The position numbers and the translations under genes were made by a program. From an uncultured Verrucomicrobiae bacterium (GTDB lineage Bacteria > Verrucomicrobiota > Verrucomicrobiia > Chthoniobacterales > JAFAMB01): a stretch of DNA of 64,000 nt. The notes below the pieces were generated by a model. It was not told the DNA's origin. It ran no database searches and was given only the letters and a program-made list of their open reading frames with translations. Below are positions 9,801 to 21,167 of the stretch, in pieces. Numbering within the stretch: the stretch's first letter is position 1; each line of letters starts with the position of its first letter. The stretch spans positions 599,549-663,548 of the forward strand of contig CAVXLD010000007.1 of the NCBI GenBank assembly GCA_963762565.1, given 5' to 3'.

Positions 9801-10772
9801 CTACCACCCCAGAATCCAAGCAAACATGAGCGGCGCTACGATCGTCGCATCCGACTCGATAATGTACTTGGGGGTATCGAGCGATAGCTTGCCCCAGGTG
9901 ATCTTCTCATTCGGAACCGCGCCTGAATAGGAACCGTAACTCGTCGTCGAATCGCTGATCTGACAGAAATAACCCCATCGAGGGATGTTATCGCGTTGTA
10001 AATCCTGGTGCAGCATCGGTACGACACAGATTGGGAAATCACCAGCGATCCCGCCGCCGATTTGAAAGAAACCGATCGAGGATGTCGACGAGGTTTGGGT
10101 GTACCATTCCGCGAGTTCGATCATGTACTCGATCCCAGTCCGCACCGTGTGAACCTTTTTAACGTCGCCGGAAATGCAGTGTCCAGCGTACATGTTACCA
10201 AGAGTCGAATCTTCCCAGCCCGGCACAAACATCGGGAGATTTTTCTGCATCGCGGCGTATAACCAGCTGTCTTTTGGGTCGACCTGATAATATTTCTGGA
10301 GCCGGTTATCTCGTAAGATGGTGTAAAAGAACTGATGCGGGAACATCGCCCGCCCTTCCTGGTCGGCTGCCATCCATTCTTCCAGGACCGCCTTTTCGAT
10401 CCGGCGCATGGCTTCTCCTTCCGGGATGCAGGTATCAGTAACCCGATTCAAATGTTGATCGAGCAGCGCTTGTTCTTCCTGGGGACTCAATTCCCGCCAG
10501 TTCGGAATCCGGCGGTAATGATGATGCGCAACCAGATTAAAGACGTCTTCTTCAAGGTTGGCGCCGGTACAACAGATCCCGTGAACTTTGTCTTGCCGGA
10601 TCATTTCGGCTAACGATAGCCCGAGCTCAGCCGTGCTCATTGCGCCCGCTATCGTTACTAACATTTTTCCGCCCTTTTCCAGATGGGCCTTATACCCTTG
10701 CGCGGCGTCCTTGAGCATCGCCGCATTGAAATGGCGATAATGATGAGAAATGAAGTCTGAGATCGTGCTCAT
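9801..10772 (-). CDS. Deoxyhypusine synthase-like protein
   Basis: MSTISDFISHHYRHFNAA start; AGAMSTAELG, CTGANLEED, IGGGIAGDF and SYSGAVPNEKITWGK motifs. Confidence 0.9.
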   Translation of the reverse strand: MSTISDFISHHYRHFNAAMLKDAAQGYKAHLEKGGKMLVTIAGAMSTAELGLSLAEMIRQDKVHGICCTGANLEEDVFNLVAHHHYRRIPNWRELSPQEEQALLDQHLNRVTDTCIPEGEAMRRIEKAVLEEWMAADQEGRAMFPHQFFYTILRDNRLQKYYQVDPKDSWLYAAMQKNLPMFVPGWEDSTLGNMYAGHCISGDVKKVHTVRTGIEYMIELAEWYTQTSSTSSIGFFQIGGGIAGDFPICVVPMLHQDLQRDNIPRWGYFCQISDSTTSYGSYSGAVPNEKITWGKLSLDTPKYIIESDATIVAPLMFAWILGW

Positions 10773-10841
10773 TTTGCTTGAGCCTTTCGAATGTACAGAT
10801 TCTACCGAAAGATCAACGTGAATAGGCCACAGCGATACGGA

Positions 10842-11080
10842 TTTTTTACAGAAGATAACGAAGGTAACCGCGAATGGACGCGAATTGACACGAATGACAG
10901 GCGAAAAAGGCGAACCGCAAATGAACACGGATATACGCGGATAGAGGGCTGCACGGTGAAGGAGGCTGCTCTTGGAAATATATCCGCGTACATCTGCGTT
11001 AATCTGCGGTTGGTTTTTTCTTTTTGGCTTCGTGTCGATTCGCGTCCATTCGCGGTTACCTTCGTTTGCTTCTGTAAAAA
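10842..11080. repeat. Nested inverted-repeat element
   Basis: TTTTTACAGAAGATAACGAAGGTAACCGCGAATGGACGCGAAT with its complement ending at 11080; inner AACCGCA/TGCGGTT arms. Confidence 0.8.
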
Positions 11081-11134
11081 TTCTTCGTTGGCTCCTGTCG
11101 AGTAAGTGAATATTGGCCGGCGGCTATTTTATCT

Positions 11135-11531
11135 ATGCCCACCCTACTTCGAATAACTTCTGTCTGTCTGGTGCTGGTCGCCTTTGCATCCGGGTTTGCG
11201 CATTCGGGCAGCCGTGGAGCGTCCGGCCTTCGTTTGTTTGACCAGGCCCGGTCTGCCTGACGGCAAAAAGCTTTTTGAGACCCGCTGTTTTGTGTGTCAC
11301 GGGCGAGACGGGAAAGGAGATGGCCCTTCGGCGACGGGGCTTGCTGAGAAACCACAAGATCTGACCGATCCAAATTGGCAAAAATCGAATTCCGATGACC
11401 TGATCCGAATTGTGATTAGAGACGGTGGAGTCGCCATCGGCAAAACCGGAGCTATGCCGCCGAACCCCGACCTCACCCAAGAACAAATCCAAGGCCTAGT
11501 CGCGTTTGTGCGGAGTCTGGCCGCGCACTGA
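11135..11531 (+). CDS. Monoheme cytochrome c (probable frameshift after signal peptide)
   Basis: CFVCH heme motif and AMPP axial Met; signal-peptide-like start MPTLLRITSVCLVLVAF at 11135 in a different frame. Confidence 0.85.
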
Positions 11532-11863
11532 AGAAGGAAAATCCCACGCAAGGACCCAGCCCGCAACGCTTCGCGTAGCGATGCGGGCGAGGCGCCAAGG
11601 CGCAAAGCGAAGACATAGATTGAATGGCCGCAAAAGAACGCAGAAGTGAAGTTGTTCGCAGCGATTCTTTGCGATCCTTGTGCTCTTTTGCGGCCATTTC
11701 GACTTGTTGACGGGTTTTGGGCCACGGTGCCGACCGCTTTCGGCCTTGCAAGCAAGGCGCGCTCCACGGTGCCGACCGCTCGTCTTAACCTTTGCGCCTT
11801 TGCTTCTTTGCGTGAGATTTTGGTTTTCCTCTCCCGAGGCCATATTGTGCTACGTTTTCAGCC

Positions 11864-12395
11864 TTGATGTTAAATCGCGCTAATCTCGATCGGTATCGAT
11901 GGCTTCCAGTGTTGCCACGCAAGCGTCGGCTATCGGCTATTGGCTATTGGCTATTCTGCTTCGGGCTTGTTCTCCTTTGCGCGCACCGTGTCCTTGCAGA
12001 TGATCAGCCCACTGTCAGGATCGAGCATCCCTGGATGCGGCAGGTTCCCGATGTGATGGATTCGACAGCGGTTTATATGACGCTGGTGAACAGCGGCTCC
12101 ATCCCGGCTGAACTGGTCGGCGGCAGCACCAGCATCGCGGACTCGGTTGCGCCCATGATCACCACTAAGCAAGGACAAGGGCTGAAAGAGGTGCTCGGAA
12201 TGCAGAGCGTTGATTCGCTGAAAATCCCGGCGCATGGAACATTGGTTCTCGAGCCGGACGGCAATCATCTCATGGTCATGGGGCTCAAAGAACATCCCAA
12301 AGAAGGGACTCAAGTGGATTTCACAATCAAATTGGAACCGGGCGATCATGAGATACATTTGAAAATTCCAGTTTCACAGGAGGCCTGTAAAATGA
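11864..12395 (+). CDS. Copper chaperone PCu(A)C
   Basis: PWMR, TAVYMTLVN and LEPDGNHLMVMGL motifs; read-through into SCO probably results from an indel; start uncertain. Confidence 0.82.
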
Positions 12396-13079
12396 GTGTT
12401 GTATCGCCCAAGACTAATACCGTTCCGACCCCGCAACCGAGACGACCTTTCTTTGATTGGCGGGTCTGGACCGTGGCCGGCGTCCTGTTGGTCGCGGTGG
12501 GGTTATCGATTTTCCTTGGGCTAAAACAACATGCTCAACAGGGATTCTTCGGTATGCGATTGTTCCCGTTAAAGACCGCTTACGATTTTAAGCTGACTGG
12601 CGCAAATGGCGGTCAGGTAAGCTTGGATCAGTTTCAGGGTAAAGCAGTGCTTTTTCTCTTCGGATTCACGCATTGCGCGAACGTTTGCCCGACCTCATTG
12701 ACGAACCTGGCGGACGTCTACCAAGCCCTGACGCCCGGAGGAACGGAAACAGGTGCAAGTAATTTTTATCAGCGTTGACCCCGATCGGGATAGCCCACAG
12801 ACGCTGTCGCGATACGTCACGTCATTCGATCCATCGTTTATCGGTTTAACGGCGCCCAAACCTACCATGGATCAAACCGTGCTTGCCTATGGAGCCAGCT
12901 ACGAGATGGTGGCTGGCCCGACCAATGAGCCGAATGATTATTCGGTGAACCACTCGGCTTATGCCTACCTGGTGAATCCTTCCGGTAAATGGGAGCTCTT
13001 GTACGGAAATGAGAAGCTCGCCGATGTTCAGCGGATGGTAGCCGATATCCGGGCCGTTCTCCGGGAACCAAGATCGTAA
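12392..13079 (+). CDS. SCO1/SenC family protein (frameshift near 12740)
   Basis: N-terminal TM; FGFTHCANVCP; FISVDPDRD and VNHSAY in the next frame. Confidence 0.88.
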
Positions 13080-13295
13080 TCGGTCCCGTGCTCGTGCTCG
13101 AATGATTTGGCATCGGGAGACCTGGGCAACGGGGCACGACGTCAGCCGAATCAGTAATCATACGCGGGGTAGACCGCGAAGCGTTGAGGTCGAGCACGAG
13201 CACGATATGACGTCACGCGACCAATCACCAATCACTAATCACCAATCACCTTTCACTCCCTCCCACTCCCTCCCACTTTCCTTTTCCCGCCCTTT

Positions 13296-16200
13296 GTGCC
13301 CTATTCAAAGATGTTCGAGGACCATCGTCGTTTGTTTAGGAGAGTGACCCGCCTTGCGCTGAGCGCTCTTATGAGTGGAGTGCTGGTGGCGCCGGCCCTG
13401 GCCCAAACCCCCCGCCAGGTTTTCATGCGGTATCCCACGATCCATGGCGATTCCGTCGTGTTCGAATCCTGCGGCAACCTCTGGCTGGTCGATCGGAAAG
13501 GCGGGACAGCTCAACGGCTCACCACCGATCCTGGGTTTGACATTCTGCCGCGATTTTCGCCTGACGGGAAGTATATCGCGTTCACCGGGCAATATCAGCA
13601 GAACAGCGATGTCTATTTGATCCCAGCGACCGGCGGCGCCGCCAAACGCTTAACTTTTCATTCCGATGTCGTCGATGACGCTCCGCTCCGGTATGGACCG
13701 GATAACATGGTTGTCACCTGGACACCAGACTCGAAGAACATCGTCCTCTTGTCTCGCCGGGCCGCTTTCAATGCCTGGTTTGGAAAATATTTCGCCGTCC
13801 CCATCTCCGGCGGCCTGCCAAGCGAACTGCCTCTGGATCGCGGCGGAATGCTGAGTTACAGCCCGGACGGCCAGAAGATCGTTTACAACCGCATCTTCAG
13901 AAATTTCCGCACCTGGAAACGCTATGACGGCGGATTATCGCAAGAGCTTTACCTCTACGATTTTCCGAGCAAACAAATTTCGGAGATCGCTCCCTTCAAA
14001 GGAACCAATACCGACCCCATGTGGTACGGGAACACCGTCTATTTTCTTTCGGATCGGGACGCGAACCGTCGCGCAAACATCTGGGCGTATGATCTTAATA
14101 CGAAAGCTGTTCGCGAAATCACCAAATTCACCGACTACGATGTGGATTGGCCGAGCATCGGCGATACCGGCATCGTTTTTCAACAGGGCGGCAGCCTCTA
14201 TGTCCTCGATCTGCCGAGCGAGCAACTGCATAAGCTCGAGGTAACGGTCCCTGACGATGGAACCCGTTCTGCTCCTCGATTTGTCGACGCCTCCAAACAG
14301 ATTCGAGCTTACGATATCGCGCCTAATGGAAAGCGGGCCGTGTTCGAAGCCCGCGGCGATATCTTCACCGTGCCCGAAAAAGATGGCGATACCCGGGATA
14401 TTACCGAGACCAGCAACGCGAACGAGCGGTACCCGAGTTGGTCCCCTGACGGAAAATTCGTTGCCTATGTCACCGACAGGGAAGGTGAAGCCCAGATCGC
14501 GATTCGGCCGGCTGAAGGCGGTAAGGAAACGCTGCTCACTAAATTTGAGAAAGGCTATTTGTACTATCCGGTTTGGGCCCCGGCCTCGGATAAGCTCGCT
14601 TTCTCTGATAGTGACCACCAACTCTGGTATGTCAATCTATCGGGTGGCGCCCCGGTGAAAGTGGCGCACGATGAACGAGACGAGATCAAGGATTATGCTT
14701 GGTCTCCGGATGGAGATTGGCTGGCTTACAGTCTGGCTGCGGATAACAGCCTCCATCAAATCTGGCTTTACCAGCTGAAAGACTCGAAAGCGACCTTGGT
14801 AAGTTCAGGTACCGACGATGATCGTGAACCCGTCTTCGATCGCAGCGGAAAATATCTGTTCTTCCTATCGAAACGGCACCCTAATCCGATCCTGTCAGAA
14901 ACCGAATTTAACATCGCTACGTTAAAGATGCGGGGGATCTATGTCGTTACCCTGACCAAAGAAGAGCCCTCATTATTTGCCCCTCGTTCGGATGAAGGGA
15001 TCAATCAGAGCGAGGCGAACCGCCCGTCGCTTACCGCTACACCGACGCCGAGCCCGACAGTTGGTGCGATCCCAGCGATCAAGATCGATCTCGATGGGTT
15101 CATGGAGCGGGCGGTCCCAGTGCCAGTACCGAACGCAGATTACGGCGGGTTAAATGCGTCACGCGATTCGCTTTTCTTTTTCACCCTCGACGGTCCGGGC
15201 GCAGCGGTGGGCGAAGAGGCGGAGGACCAGAAGGCCACGCTCCGGGCATATGATTTCAAACCGCGGAAAGAAAGAACCGTCGCTACCGATATTTCGCTTG
15301 GCGGCGGTTCGTATGCGCTCTCCGACGATGGATCAAAAGTGATCTATCATAAGGCTGAGAGTTATTTCATCGCGGATTCGAAAGTCGATGGCAGCAAGCC
15401 GGCCCCAGCAGGGGAAGAAGGTCCCGCGAAACTGGATCTGAAACAGATGCGAGTTCAGATCGATCCGCGCCAGGAATGGGACGAAATGTTCGGTCAAGCC
15501 TGGCGGCTGGAACGCGACTTTTTCTACAGCACGAAGATGAATGGGGTGGACTGGGACGCGATCGGCGCTTCTTACCGAAAGTTGCTGCCTCTCTGCGGTT
15601 GCCGCGAAGACCTCAATTATCTGATCGGCGAAATCCTGGGTGAGCTCTGTAATTCCCACACCTACGTCGGTGGCGGTGACGTGGGAACGGAGGAGAGCAG
15701 CGCAAAAGTCAAAGTGGGCTGCTGGGTGTCGATTTTGCGCTGGACCAAGCGAGCGGCTTGTATCGGTTTGCCAAGATTTATCCCGGCGACAATACCCGTG
15801 ATGATTATCGATCTCCTTTGACCGAACCCGGTATCGATGTTCGCGAAGGAACTTATCTGTTAGCGGTCGATGGCCATGAGCTCAAAGCGCCTACCGATCC
15901 TTACACATTGTTTCTCAATAAAACGACGGGCACCATCCGGCTAACCGTTGCGGATTCTCCCGAAGGAACTCGCCGGGATGTGGTCGTCAAGCCGATCGCT
16001 AACGAACTGAAGTTACGCTTGAAAGCCTGGATCGATCATAACCGCGATGTGGTCGATAAAGCGTCCGGCGGCAAGATCGGTTACATCTACATGTCGGATA
16101 TGGAACGGCTCGGTATGGATCAGTTTATCCAACAGTTCTATCCCCAAATCCGAAAAGAAGGTCTCATCATTGACGACCGCTGGAACGGCGGCGGCAATAT

Positions 16201-16687
16201 CGATGAGATTGTGCTGGAACGGTTACGCCGGATTTTGATCGGGATGACGACGAACCGTGAACGAGACGAGGAAACTTGGCCGTCCCAAGTTCAGAACGGT
16301 TACAAAGTAACGCTCATCAATCAATATTCGGCCTCGGACGGAGACATTTTTCCTTATTACTTCAGGAAATATGGTCTCGGTCCATTGATCGGGAAACGTA
16401 CCTGGGGAGGAGTACGCGGGATTCGAGGCTATTGGCCTCTACTCGATGGTGGTTACATTACCATCCCTGAATTCGCTCTTTACGGGCTGGATTCCCACTG
16501 GGTCATCGAGAACTACGGAGTACCTCCTGATACGGACATCGAAGATCTACCAGGCGACTTGTTAGCCGGCCATGATGCCCAGTTAGAAGCCGGGATCAAT
16601 TACGTGATGAAACAAATTCAGGAGCACCCGAAACCGCTGCCGTCGCCGCCTCCGTTGATACCGGCGTATCCGCCGCCGGGGGAGTGA
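13296..16687 (+). CDS. Tricorn protease-like S41 peptidase (frameshift near 15720)
   Basis: PD40 propeller repeats, EWDEMFGQAWRLERDFFY, PDZ, IIDDRWNGGG, SASDGD and GKRTWGG motifs. Confidence 0.92.
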
Positions 16688-16946
16688 GGAGTGAGAAGTG
16701 AGAAGTGATTGGTGATTGGTGATTGGCGGCGCACTGCGCCGCCAGGTGAATAACAAAGATACTCACGCAAAGACGCCAACAAAAGAGAAGAGCAGAGGCA
16801 GGATTCGGCCGCAAAACTTGTCGCGCCGTGGCCTTGCGAAGGCGCGACAAGTTATTGCGGCTTTTTGTGCTTGTCTTCTTAACCTCTTCTCTTTGCGTGG
16901 GATTTCGGTCTGTGTGCGTGATTTCTCTTCGCGCGCCTTCGTTCAC

Positions 16947-17153
16947 TCACGCTTTCTCAACCGAAACGTTGGTCGCTTTTACTAGCGCGTGAACTGAATC
17001 GCCGATTTTCAATCCTAACTCATTAGCCGACCTCGTTGTGATAACTGCGGCAACAGGTCCAATGGCGGTGTCTAACACTATTTCAGTCATTACTGGATCT
17101 GAGGTAATTTCCCGAATCGTGCCGGGAATCCGATTTCGGATGCTTTGACTCAT
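16947..17153 (-). CDS. Mop/TOBE molybdenum-pterin-binding protein
   Basis: MSQSIRNRIPGTI...AVITTRSANELGLKIGDSVHALVKATNV. Confidence 0.88.
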   Translation of the reverse strand: MSQSIRNRIPGTIREITSDPVMTEIVLDTAIGPVAAVITTRSANELGLKIGDSVHALVKATNVSVEKA

Positions 17154-17202
17154 CCGAGGACCGTCTGCGTGGTCAGGTCCAGGCGCAATGGGAAAAAATC
17201 TG

Positions 17203-17358
17203 GTGGAGCGCTGCCTCGCCCGCGAGGCCGAAGGGGTCGCCACCGTGGAGCGCTGCCTCGCTTGCGAGGCCGAAGGGGTCGCCACCCGTGGAGCGCTGCC
17301 TCGCTTGCGAGGCCGAAGGGGTCGCCACCCGTGGAGCGTTGCCTCGCTTGCGAGGCCG
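17203..17358. repeat. Tandem array of a 42-43 bp REP-like unit (about 3.6 copies)
   Basis: Unit GTGGAGCGCTGCCTCGCTTGCGAGGCCGAAGGGGTCGCCACCC; inverted copy at 17648-17674; related copy near 20787. Confidence 0.9.
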
Positions 17359-17685
17359 TGGTGAACAGGGGGATGGAACGAAAAACCTCGCTCCGATTTC
17401 TGCACTCTGCAGCGCATCGAACACGAGGGCACCCCCGGTTTCACCTCGTAAGCTGCCTAAGACAGATTCTGAAAGCAGGTTCCGCAAAAACTCACTGCGA
17501 TAACAGAGAATAAGTTTGTACCGCTAAGCGATCTTTGTTGGCATGATCGTTAGTCGTAAAGCCACGGGTAGCAGTCTCTTTTGCGATCCACGCGATAGAG
17601 TGCAGACACGACGCGGGGCGTGTCTTATCGCATGCCCTGCTCACCATCGGCCTCGCAAGCGAGGCAGCGCTCCAGGGATACGCCC

Positions 17686-18711
17686 TCACGCCTTTAGTAG
17701 CCCCAACCGAATCATGCTCTCCGCGGTGGCGATAATCGCTTCCTCGTTCGAGCGCGGTGTCCAACCTAGAACCCGTTTAGCTTTCGCGTTGGTCCCGTTT
17801 TTCTCTTTATCGAGCTCGGGTAAGATTAACCGGACCGCCGGATTCCGAAGGGCAGCGATGCGCACCAGCCAATTGGGTAATTGCCGGGTAGGCACCCGTT
17901 TGGCAGCCTGTCCCAAACGACTTTTTAATAGTTTGGCGATATCCACCATCCACATAAAATCGCCGGCTGTAGCAAGGAAACGTTCACCCTTAGCCGCCGG
18001 ATTAGTCATCGCCCGAAGATGTAAGTCGGCCACATCCCGCACATCGACCAATCCAAAACAGAGCTTGGGACAGCCTGGCATAGCGCCATTCATGAGCTGT
18101 TCAACTAACAAGATCGAACTCGAATAATCCGGTCCCAGCACTGGGCCAAATACAGCCGCGGGGTTGATCACAGACAACTCAAGGTTACCGGCTTCTTTCC
18201 CCATAAAATTCCAGGCCGCGCGCTCCGCTAACGCCTTCGATTTTACATAAGCAACTAGATCCCCATTGAGATTCGTCCAGTTCTTCTCGTCAAAAGGCGT
18301 TGCCTGCGGTTCATATCCGTAACCGATGGCCGCAAACGACGAGGTAAATACTACGCGTTTAACGCCGGCATCACGCGCGGCGCGCAAAACCCGCAGTGTG
18401 CCTTCCCGCGCTGGTATGATCAATTCATCTTCGTGCTTGGGTACGTTCGGAGGAAGCGGAGATGCTACATGTAAAACGTATTCGCACCCGGCAACCGCTT
18501 CAGGCCAACCCGCGTCCTTCTCCAGATCAGCGGCAACAAACGAAAATTGTTTGCCCGGTTCAGCGCCGCCTTCTTTGAGCATAGCGCGCACCTCATGCTC
18601 TCGTTTCAAGTTACGTACCGTCGTCCGTACCTGATAGCCGGCCGCTAAAAGCTGCAGGATACAATGACACCCGATAAACCCGGATCCTCCGGTAACTAGA
18701 ACTGTGCTCAT
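17686..18711 (-). CDS. NAD-dependent epimerase/dehydratase (aldehyde reductase-like extended SDR)
   Basis: VLVTGGSGFIG, HVASP and YVKSK motifs. Confidence 0.92.
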   Translation of the reverse strand: MSTVLVTGGSGFIGCHCILQLLAAGYQVRTTVRNLKREHEVRAMLKEGGAEPGKQFSFVAADLEKDAGWPEAVAGCEYVLHVASPLPPNVPKHEDELIIPAREGTLRVLRAARDAGVKRVVFTSSFAAIGYGYEPQATPFDEKNWTNLNGDLVAYVKSKALAERAAWNFMGKEAGNLELSVINPAAVFGPVLGPDYSSSILLVEQLMNGAMPGCPKLCFGLVDVRDVADLHLRAMTNPAAKGERFLATAGDFMWMVDIAKLLKSRLGQAAKRVPTRQLPNWLVRIAALRNPAVRLILPELDKEKNGTNAKAKRVLGWTPRSNEEAIIATAESMIRLGLLKA

Positions 18712-18964
18712 TATTGTCTCGGCTCCTTAACCTTCGAGCCAGCCATAAGCACGAAAATAAACCAGAGCGCGTTAAGCCGCAGGCGGAGCGCCTTCTCTCG
18801 CCTGCCGAACGCGGCCAAAGGCGCTACCCGCACTCGAACCTGCAACGCCCAAGTCGACCATAACCGCGAGCCTCCCCTCGAATGCGCCCGTTCGCCGTCC
18901 TCACTTCACTGGACGCCCTTAACCTAATCTGCGTAATCTGCGGAAAAATCCACCCCCTGTTCCG

Positions 18965-19480
18965 ATGAAAACTCAGCTGTTATGCGTTTGCGTTGCCCTG
19001 TTAATCTGTGGTTCGGCTGGCGATGCCGAAGAAGCCGCAATCCACAGCGGGCATACAACGCCCGAAATCAAATCGTTGTCCGCGGCCGAGATCCGAGGAT
19101 ACCTGGAAGGAAGCGGAATGGGCCTGGCAAAAGCGGCGGAACTGAACGGTTATCCCGGTCCTGCTGATGTTCTCGAGTTGGCGACTCAACTTCAGCTCAC
19201 TCCGCAGCAACGGGCTAAAGCGGAGCATCTCAAAGGCTGGATGAAGAAAGCGGCTCGCATGGGTCATTGGCTGGTTGAAGCCGAACGCCGGCTCAACCTG
19301 CTCTTTGCCAAAGGTGAAGCCGACGACGAAAAAATCACCCCCTTGGTTCAGCGGATCGGAGCTCTCGAAGCCGAGATTCGCCTCGTGCATCTTCGCGCCC
19401 ACATTGAAATGCGGAGAGTATTGACCGCTGGCCAGATCAAAAAGTACGAGCAAGAGCGCGGCGTTGCCGACGCCCAATGA
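18965..19480 (+). CDS. Periplasmic Spy/CpxP-like (heavy-metal sensor-like) helical protein
   Basis: Signal peptide; GMGLAKAAELNGYPGP, LQLTPQQ and VLTAGQ (LTXXQ-like) motifs. Confidence 0.75.
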   Translation: MKTQLLCVCVALLICGSAGDAEEAAIHSGHTTPEIKSLSAAEIRGYLEGSGMGLAKAAELNGYPGPADVLELATQLQLTPQQRAKAEHLKGWMKKAARMGHWLVEAERRLNLLFAKGEADDEKITPLVQRIGALEAEIRLVHLRAHIEMRRVLTAGQIKKYEQERGVADAQ

Positions 19481-19490
19481 TGCCGTGCCC

Positions 19491-19966
19491 TGGAGCCTTC
19501 CCGACGAATCGACGCGAATAAAGACCCGGACGAAAACCTCAACCGCAGATGGACGCAGATTTACGCAGATGGGCTCAGAGGAAATCACGAGATGGCGTTG
19601 ATAGACACGTCGTGGCAGATGGCCGCATCCTAAAACACGTTAATATTATCCGCAGATTACACAGATTCCGCGCTTTGGACAAGGACTTGGGCACCAGCAA
19701 TTCTAGGAGTAAACACCTTTTCTGGCCTCGGTTACGCTTCCGCAACCCAGGGACGTGAACCGAAGCCACATCGAAATCTGCGTAATCTGTGTAATCTGGA
19801 TATTGCACATCTCAACGTGTTGCTCGGCAAACGGAGTGCGCTGTCAACCCCGTTACGCATTCATGATTTCCTGTCTGACCTATCTACGTAAATCTGCGTC
19901 CGATCTGCGGTTAAGGTTTTTCTTCTAGTCTTATTCGCGTCGGTTCCTGGGGAAGGCAGCGCTCCA
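19491..19966. repeat. Large nested hairpin between convergent genes
   Basis: Outer GACGCGAATAA/TTATTCGCGTC arms; AACCGCAGATGGACGCAGAT with its complement near 19882-19912; inner ATCCGCAGATTACACAGAT arms. Confidence 0.75.
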
Positions 19967-19975
19967 GGTAGAATC

Positions 19976-20875
19976 CTACTTTGCCGCTGTCACCGGCTTG
20001 ACTTGTCCGTACTCTGGGTTCTTCCACAAATCACTGTGATACTCGAGGTAATCAGCCGTGACTTCGGCGACTTCACGCCCGTAAAATCGCTCTACCACGT
20101 GTAAGGCGAGATCCACACCCGAGGTTAACCCGCCGGCGGTCGCTACGTTCCCATGTTCAACGAACCGCGTTCCGCTGATGAACTGGACGCCCGGGTACTT
20201 TTTCTGTATCGCTTGCTCATATAGATGATGCGTGGTGGCAGTCTTACCATCGAGCAGACCATATGCTGCCAGCATGGAAGCACCGGTACAAACTGACATC
20301 GTGAGATCTGCCTGTGCCGAATTTTTTAATAACCATGCCTTCTGCGCCTCAGTCCGGCCGCCTTGCGCCGGGATCACAATCACTTGAGGTTTCGGGGCGG
20401 TATCAAAGGTGTAGTTAGGCACGATCGTCAAGCCACCAGCATCCACCGGCTTCAATGAGTCCGATACCGTGTACACAGCGAACGGCATCACCATGTCCTC
20501 CCCATCCGCTGCATGCCAGGGTTGCCCCTTGGAAGTTAACATCGCGTCACTAAACACCTCCCATGGGCCGGCGATATCCATCACGTCTGCTCCCTCTGAA
20601 ATGATAAAAGCGACATTGATTCTGCCGCTAGCCGGTGGTTTCAACGGTTCAACCGTTCGAGTTGAACCCGACTCCTGACCGGAGGCTGTCTGATCGGCGA
20701 GACTGAATGCACCCAGGATCAGGGCTGCCCATAAGGTCGTAAGCCGGTTCGCTCTCGTCCTTCCGACTTCGCCAACGGTCTGGTTGTGGAGGCGCCTCGC
20801 TTGCGAGGCCGACCCGAGCGGTTGACAACATAGAGGATAGGCTTCGTCGGACAAGCTGTCCCCCGATCCGGGCAT
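19976..20875 (-). CDS. DJ-1/PfpI family protein, probably exported (start uncertain)
   Basis: MDIAGPWEVF, SVCTGA, ATTHH and ATAGGLTSGVDLAL motifs. Confidence 0.85.
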   Translation of the reverse strand: MPGSGDSLSDEAYPLCCQPLGSASQARRLHNQTVGEVGRTRANRLTTLWAALILGAFSLADQTASGQESGSTRTVEPLKPPASGRINVAFIISEGADVMDIAGPWEVFSDAMLTSKGQPWHAADGEDMVMPFAVYTVSDSLKPVDAGGLTIVPNYTFDTAPKPQVIVIPAQGGRTEAQKAWLLKNSAQADLTMSVCTGASMLAAYGLLDGKTATTHHLYEQAIQKKYPGVQFISGTRFVEHGNVATAGGLTSGVDLALHVVERFYGREVAEVTADYLEYHSDLWKNPEYGQVKPVTAAK

Positions 20876-21167
20876 GCGAAGCGCTGCCCGCCCGCATCGC
20901 TACGGGAAGCGTTGCGGGCGGGGAGTACTGGAGTGTTGGAGTATTGCTCTTTGTGAATTGTACCCCGCTAACGCCGGGTTGGGGGCGCTATTAGTGAACT
21001 TGCTCATATGTTTTTCTTAACTGATGGCTTGCGTTCCCGAGAGCATATCCGGATAGTCGGAAGTCCGAAATGACTAGAATTCGGCATTTTAGGACATACT
21101 ACAATACATTGGTTAAGGCGCAGGAACGACCTGCCGCTGGCCTTATGCCGATTGAAGACGGACGGTT

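Noticed and set aside
11864..12778. PCuAC-SCO fusion protein
   Set aside because: An overlapping TGA/ATG at 12392-12395 and another indel nearby indicate two genes merged by a frameshift error
17203..17358. CRISPR-like array
   Set aside because: Inter-palindrome sequences are identical rather than unique spacers, and no cas genes are present
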